In this document: piece after piece, positions 56,913 to 64,000 of the stretch
How the letters are laid out: each line of letters starts with the position of its first letter
Numbering within the stretch: the first letter of the stretch is position 1
Position numbers and translations under genes: made by a program
The notes under the pieces: model-generated
What the model was told of the DNA's origin: nothing
Seen by the model: the letters and a program-made list of their open reading frames with translations, nothing else
Database searches by the model: none
NCBI GenBank assembly: GCA_012295275.1
Contig: CM022678.1
Coordinates: forward strand, 7,626,001-7,690,000
Origin: Chrysomallon squamiferum
Lineage: Eukaryota; Animalia; Mollusca
Reading direction: 5' to 3'
Length of the DNA stretch: 64,000 nt

Positions 56913-57404
56913 TTTCAGATTTGAGTCGTTCGTTTTCAAGACTGGTTGTTAAAACCAGATTGTGCTATAAAAATTAAAATCCAGATTAAAAAAATCAACG
57001 TCTTTCACGTTTAAAGTTATTCCTATTTGAAACAGAGTATCACAACCTTCTGTCTGTCTACTAAAAATCAAATTCAAAATGTTAATGTTAATAAAAGTTA
57101 AATTTTTTACAAGTTTCTGAAATAGTATTAACTACTTTGAAATTTGTCTTAATACCAGAAAAGAGAACTTTAACTTAACTATTTGACTAGCACAAAAGCT
57201 ACTAACGCATACCCAAGCTACAAACTGATTGCTGATTATATAATGAGCATGACATTATTAATAATAATAATAAAAAAGAACAGATAATGGTAGAAATGCT
57301 GACCATTCAGATTCAAAGAGATAACACTTACACTGGAAATATGAATAAACTAAGAATGCTTGAAGTGAACAATTTAACCTGACAACCAGATAGAACTGAC
57401 TCAC

Positions 57405-59618
57405 CTGAGCATGTTTTGTTGTCTGAATTCAAGGTAAACATTTCTACACAAACACTGCTCCACTGTGTCATGCACCCTGCAGCCCTGTTCACACGAACTG
57501 TCCACTGCAGCAGTCACAACTGAACATAAAATATTTTTATAACTTTATTATATTTTGTCACAACTAAAATAATTTACAATTTTATCACATTCTGTCACAA
57601 ATGAAAATAAAATATTTTTATAATTTTGTCACTATTAAAATTGAAAAAATATCTTTAGTTATTTGTAACCACTGTGACAAGAACAAATGTAGCTTTTCTC
57701 AGTTTAGTACAAGAATGAATAATAAACACTCATTGAACAATTTAAAAAATTGATCTCTTGCATGAATTACTGAATGAATGATAAAGGTGGTGACAGTGAA
57801 CAAATGAGGAAGGTAAAGAGTGAATGGATGAATGAATTAATTAATAAATATCTGTTTAATAATAGTTTAATTATTGGTTCTAAAAATTATTTTTTTGTTT
57901 ATCTTTATTTACTTTTGTTGGTAATGTTCCTAAAAATTAATTTGACTCAAACTGCAAAACTAAAGTTAGCTGGTACCAAACAGGGTTTGTTTTGTTTCTT
58001 TTTTGTTGTTTTTAACAATGTTAATTTCTTAGTCACTGAAAGCTGATTTTCTGTGTTAAATAAACATTCTCTTAATTTTGAATAAAAAATTATTAACAAG
58101 TATAAAATGATATTTTTATTATTACATTTATTTATTTATTATATTTTAATGCAGAAAAAGTTAATTTTGTGACAGCTGTATTAATTAACTCATTTCTATG
58201 TAATTTTAAAATTTTAAAAGATCCATTCTTTTTTCTTTGGTGATTAAAATCACAAAAATATTTATGAATTTCATGAATCATTTGAATCATTTAACTATTT
58301 TTTTAAAGTAAAACTAAAATGGAGTAGTTTTTGGAATATCACTATTTATAAAGTAATAAGCAATCATTTATTAAGTACAAAGAAATCATTTACTGCATAT
58401 AACTATTTCATAAATAATAAGAAATCATTTTTAACATATAACTATTTCATAAGTAATAAGAAGTTGTTTGTAACATATAACTATTTCATAAATAATAAGA
58501 AATCATTTCTAACATATAGCTATTTATTAAATAGTAAGAAATAATTTCTAACATATAACTATTTAACTGTTTATTAACTAAAATGTTATAATTTCAACTT
58601 GTTACCAAAATATTTTTAATATTGAGTAAATCAACTATTAATAAATATACCCTACTCACCTATACATTCATTTTATGACAGCTGTATTAATTAACTCATT
58701 TCTATGTAATTTTTCAGTTTAAAATATCCATTCTGTTTTCTTTGGTAATTAAAATCACAAAACTATTTATGAAATATTCTATAATTTGCATCATTTAACT
58801 ATTTTTTAAATAAAATGAATCATTTTTATAATTATCAGTATTTATACAGTAATAAGCAAACATTTTGACCATATAACTATTTATTAAATACAAAGGAATT
58901 ATTTATAACATATAACTATTTCATAATAATAATAAACCATTAGTAACATAACTGTTTCATAAATAATAAGGAATTATTTCTAACATATAACTCTTTATTA
59001 AATAAAACATCATAATTTCAACTTGTTACCAAATTTTTAATATTGAGTAATTAACTATTTATTAAGTATACTCTACTCACTTACACATTCATCTGACAAG
59101 TTGTGATATCCTGTCTTACACTCAAATGAAAGGAGACTGGCAGGTTTTTGCAGTTGCTGTTTGCTTGACATGAAACTGTTGAAACACTACATTCATCTCT
59201 GTTGTTTTCACATCACACACCTTTACACTGACAATGGTCTGAGAGGGAAAAATAAAATCCAATTTGAAAATAAATAAATTAAATTAAAATCAAATTTTTG
59301 TGTTAGTTTTTATTATAAAACAAAATTTATAAAATTATATTAAAAGTATAATCTAAATATCATGAAAATTTCTAATTTTACAGAATAAGTTGCTTCAGAT
59401 TTCAAAATATAATTATGTTTTTAAAATATTAAAAAAATTATTTTTACATTATTGTATTTTGTAATGAGAAATTCTGCTTACTAACACATGTTGTCTGGTC
59501 ATTTTCCAGTTCTTCCCAGCCAGACAGGAACAAGTGAATCCACTGATTCTGTTAGTACAAGTATTGGTATACTTAGTAATACTGACATCAGTTGATGTAC
59601 ACTTATTTATATCTACAC

Positions 59619-59687
<69 letters not shown>

Positions 59688-59911
59688 CTAAAAAGCTTAT
59701 TTGAATATTTGTGAAACCAAGGACTTTTTCATCTGAGACAAGACAGGCAGCCCTTGAACTTTCTGCTTTGATAGGTACACTACAGTTCAAAGAAAAAAAA
59801 ATGCTAACCTTTCTCATACTTTTTTCAAGTAGTAACCATAGTGACATAAACTGCCTTCAGCTTTATGAGAAATCTGTTGCCATGTCAAACCCTGACTTCT
59901 ACATTCTCAGT
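57405..59911 (-). pseudogene. Calcium-binding EGF exons, inverted paralog copy
   Basis: Exons 59808-59911, 59482-59612 (DINKCTSTDVSITKYTNTCTNRISGFTCSCLAGK, then frameshift), 59081-59238 and 57405-57519. Confidence 0.85.
58170..59092. repeat. ~0.4-0.5 kb tandem duplication inside an intron, including a donor site
   Basis: gacagctgtattaattaactcatttctatgtaatttt at 58171 and 58677; ctactcac.ta.acattcat at 58652 and 59073. Confidence 0.85.
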
Positions 59912-61013
59912 CTGAAACAAAAGTAATTTATTATTTTAAAAATATTTTTGACTTGTTTCTTTTTTCTTCATTTTTTTAATCAGTTTTTTGTTTATGTCAA
60001 TTTAATATTAATATAAACAACATTTAAAACAGCATCAGTTCAAAAATGATAATGACTTTTTTTATCATTTTAAAAATAAATATAAACAAACAATAATTAT
60101 AGAATTAATTAATGATAGATATAAATCACTGTCCTTTCACTGTTAACTCATTGTTCACTAAAACATACCTAATTAATAGTAACAAAATTAACACAATATA
60201 ATTTTAAAACATTCTCAGGTGGCATTAAGTAATTTATCAAAACTGAATTATTTGTCCATTATACCCAGCATCTGTTTACAAACATGTTGAGCACATCTCA
60301 GTGTCTGAGTCTGTACAAATTTCTCTTAACTGCCAGGACTGGAGAAGTTGTGTTCTTCAGTGAAAGCTGCACTACACACATGGTCAAGTGGTCAACCTTG
60401 GTCTTTTTTCTGGTCAGCAGAAGGCTTGTTTATCCTGTAGAGAGAAAAATTACATTTATCATTGACAAGCCTAATAAATAAATTGTAGTTAAAAAAAAAC
60501 AAAAAAAAACAAACAGAAGTTATAAAATTTATCACATATCATTTAGAAAAAAAAATTAAAACAAATATTTAAAAATCACATATTGGTCTGAAACCAGAAT
60601 AAATTTCTATAAATTTTATAATAATTTTTGTGAGAATAAACAAATTAATTAATTCTTAAATACTAACTAAAATTAGGTTAAGGCCAGACCAGTCTCGATA
60701 AACCACGATGTTTCGAATGTATGCTACGCTTTTCAAACCTGTATGAACTAATGTTTGTCAGCCAGTTTATTTTTATTTTTGATTCGGTAACGTTTTACTT
60801 GTTGATTATTCAATTTAATAGAATTTTGGAAATATTTCACGAGAATCCAAATGGATTGGGATGTTTTATGTTTGTGCGAATACAAGCGTGAATCGGATGC
60901 GGATGATCATGATGTAATGTGTATCACTCAGCACTGTATCACTATCACTGTATCAGTGTATGTGTGAAAGAAGCAGAAAGAGAGGTGTTCACCGTATAAA
61001 CTATAATCGTATT

Positions 61014-61092
<79 letters not shown>

Positions 61093-61266
61093 GTGTGTGT
61101 GTGTGTTGGCAATTTCATATGTAAATAAATTTATTATAACATTCACAAACGATAATAAGGCAGAGAAAAATGCATTTATTAGACAAATGTAGATTGATAA
61201 CAAAAAATATTATGTACTTCCAATAAATAAACATTATATTTACTATTAACATTGCAATTTTTCGTA

Positions 61267-63327
61267 GGACACTGTATTATTATTCAGATCTGTCAAGAAA
61301 GGGAATTTACATCATGGAGAAGGATGAATCACCAGTAACAGAAACCATTCTTATGCAAACTGCACCATTCTGAGTTGTGAGTATAATATATTTTATGTTT
61401 GTGTTTTAGAGAGTAAAATAAGATTTGTAGCAACTCTTTATTGATTATAAAATAGTGTAATAAAAATCACTTATTTGCTATTGTTTTGTAATCAGTTTAA
61501 TATTATAATAATTGTGTTACATTATTTATTAATAACAAAGTATATTGAAGATATCCCACAGCCCACTTTGTCTGAATAAAATAGTTAAATTAAAATTTTG
61601 ATAATAACAGAAGTATTAGTTATTTATTTATAACTGCTTAGTTATTATTTTTATTATTATTTTATTTATTTACTTTTGTCTTTCAGAACATACATATAGC
61701 TCTAATTGATGTTGTGATGTTGGCATATGCCAGTGAAGTTGTTTCAGTAGAATGTGCTGTCCTGGCCATCAGGTATGCTGTTGTTTTTGTTTATTTATTT
61801 ATTTATATTATTATCTTGTTAAATATTAAAATTTTATTTTTTTATTTATTATTAAACTGAGTTAGTTTGACTCTGTCAAAGTTGATTTACTTTTCTTCCT
61901 TTTAAATATATTGTAAATTATATTTCAGTTAAAGCTGAGGTATAGTTAAAGTATTTATTTTTCTACTTTGATTATTAAATGATAGCTGAAAAGAAGGAGA
62001 AGGATTATGATGATTGCAGATAAACATGCAAATGTACTAATGTATGAGAGAGAGGATTAAGGAATGGAGAGAGAGAGGGAGAAGGAGAATGATATTTGGG
62101 TGCATATTTTATATAATTTATCATATAGCATAAAGAGACCTCATACTTTAAATTCAACATTTTGAACAAGCAATTTTAAAACTTTCAGATGAATTACAAC
62201 TTTTAACGCATCCAGTGAACTTCCATCAGGCACTGAGGACACAATTATTTTCTGCTTAAATAAAGTTGTACTGCTGCCATTGAAAATGAAAAAAATCTGA
62301 GCAGGTGAATTGGATTTGTTTTTTATTTAAATATTTCTCATTGTTCTAAACATAATTAAGTTTAATTTAATTTAATGCGGGAGTTTGCAGTTTGTTAATA
62401 ATATATCAGTAGGTAGACATGCACATACACACAAATTACATTAGTACCTTGTAAACACACACAAATTACATTAGTATCTTGTAAACACACAGTACACTTT
62501 TTACCATGTACATTTGTCAGGCACATTCCTAGAATTACATTCATATAAATATGATTATTTTGGTGTAAATTTCTATATTATAAAACAAAAGAAGAAGACA
62601 AGAAGCATCATATTGTAAAATGTTTAACTTTCCTATTAACAGTGTGACTGTTCTTGTGATGACAGACATACTAAAAGACATGAGACATATGTACAGTAGC
62701 TGTTGTCTGTCGTCTCTGTTGTCTGAAGTGTCTCAGTTTTCACGGTTTGTTAAATAACACATTTTTTTTGTAAATAAAAAGTATGAATCACATGGTAACT
62801 TTAAATTTAGCATAAAGTAAATTTATGAATCTTAATATCTAGTTAAAAGAGGATGGGGCTTTGGGGCGCTTTTTGATTTTATATTTCATAATCAACAAAA
62901 TTCATATTTTATTATTAGGTCTGGGTTTTTTTGTTTTTGGTTTTGAATATAATTTGTACAAATCTCTCTCTCTCTGTCTCTCTGACTGTCTGTTTGTCTA
63001 TCAGTTATCACATCCTTTTCATCCTCCTTAACCTCTTTTACTATGTTATTAAATATTAATTGCCTCATTTTGTTTATCTTTTCTTCAGATATATGTTTGA
63101 AAGATGGGTTAGGAATAGCTAATTCTTTACATAATCTACGCCTCACCAAAACATTCTGTGAACGGCATCTTCCATCAACTTTTTCCATTTCACCTACGAG
63201 GATCTCCTGTACACACGAGACAGTATACGAGAAAACCTCTTAGCCTTTCTCACAGAGCTGTTCTTCTGGTTTGAAATGATAAAACTGACAGAGACAGGAC
63301 AGCTGCTGAATGATCAGGAAGCAGAAA
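61267..63327 (+). pseudogene. CAMSAP: CAMSAP/Patronin N-terminal CH-region exons, disrupted
   Basis: 61267-61376 GH..IIQ/LSRKGIYIMEKDESPVTETILMQTAPF*V; 61687-61772 NIHIALIDVVMLAYASEVVSVECAVLAIR; 62189-62304 *ITTFNASSELPSGTEDTIIFCLNKV; 63089-63327 DICLKDGLGIANSLHNLRLTKTFCERHL(fs)FHFTYEDLLY...NLLAFLTELFFWFE. All resemble the CAMSAP CH region. Confidence 0.88.
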
Positions 63328-64000
63328 GTAAGTTTTGTGAGAGTTTTTAATTACATTGCAAGTCCACAATTGTATTGTATCTTTTTTTAAATGAATTTAT
63401 GAAATTTGTTATTGTCCTGGAAACATTGGGATTTTGTAATATTCAGTTTTAGTGTTTATACTGGAGTGGTGTAGCAATACTGATATCAAAAGAATGTCTT
63501 TAGAAGTTTACCTTTAATAGTTGCAACACTGTAGGCAGGATTTTAAAAGTTAATACTAAAATAGATGACGATGAACATAGTTTTATAAGTGGATATGCAC
63601 CAAATAATATTGCAGAAAATCTTTTATTTTTAAATGATTATGTAAATTTGTGGATGTTAAAAATATATTAATGACAGGAGATTTTAATGTAATTTTAGAT
63701 CCTAATTTAGATTTAGGCATTAATAATAAAACTTTCAGTGTGATAAGTAGTGATGAATTACAGTCAGTTATTTATAATTATAATTTAGTTGATATTTGGT
63801 TGAAATCCAGATAAAAAAACAATTTACTAGATCTCAAAATGTTGAAAAAAACTATAAAACAGTCAAAAATTAATTTATTTTTAATTTCTCAAAATTTATT
63901 ACAGTTTATAAGTAATGCATATATATCCTATACTTCAATTAGTGATTACAATTTTTTATCACTTGAAATAGATTTTTCTCGTGTAGAGAGAGATGAACGT

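Larger units (their letters stand above)
57108..61566 (-). repeat. Right arm of the inverted segmental duplication
   Basis: Reverse complement of 22240-26235, with arm-specific indels. Confidence 0.95.

Noticed and set aside
61371-62192. In-frame TGA codons as selenocysteine or readthrough
   Set aside because: They fall at Arg-like positions alongside frameshifts, which CpG decay explains more simply.

Overview
Very AT-rich, microsatellite-dense eukaryotic DNA with GT-AG introns and a 200-N scaffold gap at 4899-5098. An invertebrate, probably molluscan, origin is inferred from gene style only. Most ORF-track entries are microsatellite artefacts. Reading exons directly shows a mosaic of duplicated, mostly disrupted gene fragments: CAMSAP/Patronin (CKK exons at 1.5-4.1 kb; CH-region exons at 61.3-63.3 kb, with partial copies at 6.1 and 22.5 kb), IRAG/LRMP (MRVI1-domain) exons on both strands (8.0-9.9 and 54 kb), two inverted copies of a calcium-binding-EGF exon block, a near-complete RING/coiled-coil/NHL TRIM-like gene (33.7-35.7 kb, two frameshifts, no intact B-box) with an inverted deleted paralog at 52.7-53.3 kb, and an orphan RBM47/RBM46/A1CF-like promoter plus first exon. 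TE remnants include Tigger, a Ginger/KRBA2-like integrase, a Sola-like transposase, a LINE and CAGGG-ended elements. The most striking structure is three nested inverted-repeat pairs around ~41.7-44 kb; the innermost pair (~140 bp arms with TTAA near the outer ends) brackets the RBM47-like promoter and exon. All protein assignments come from recalled motifs; no database search was run.
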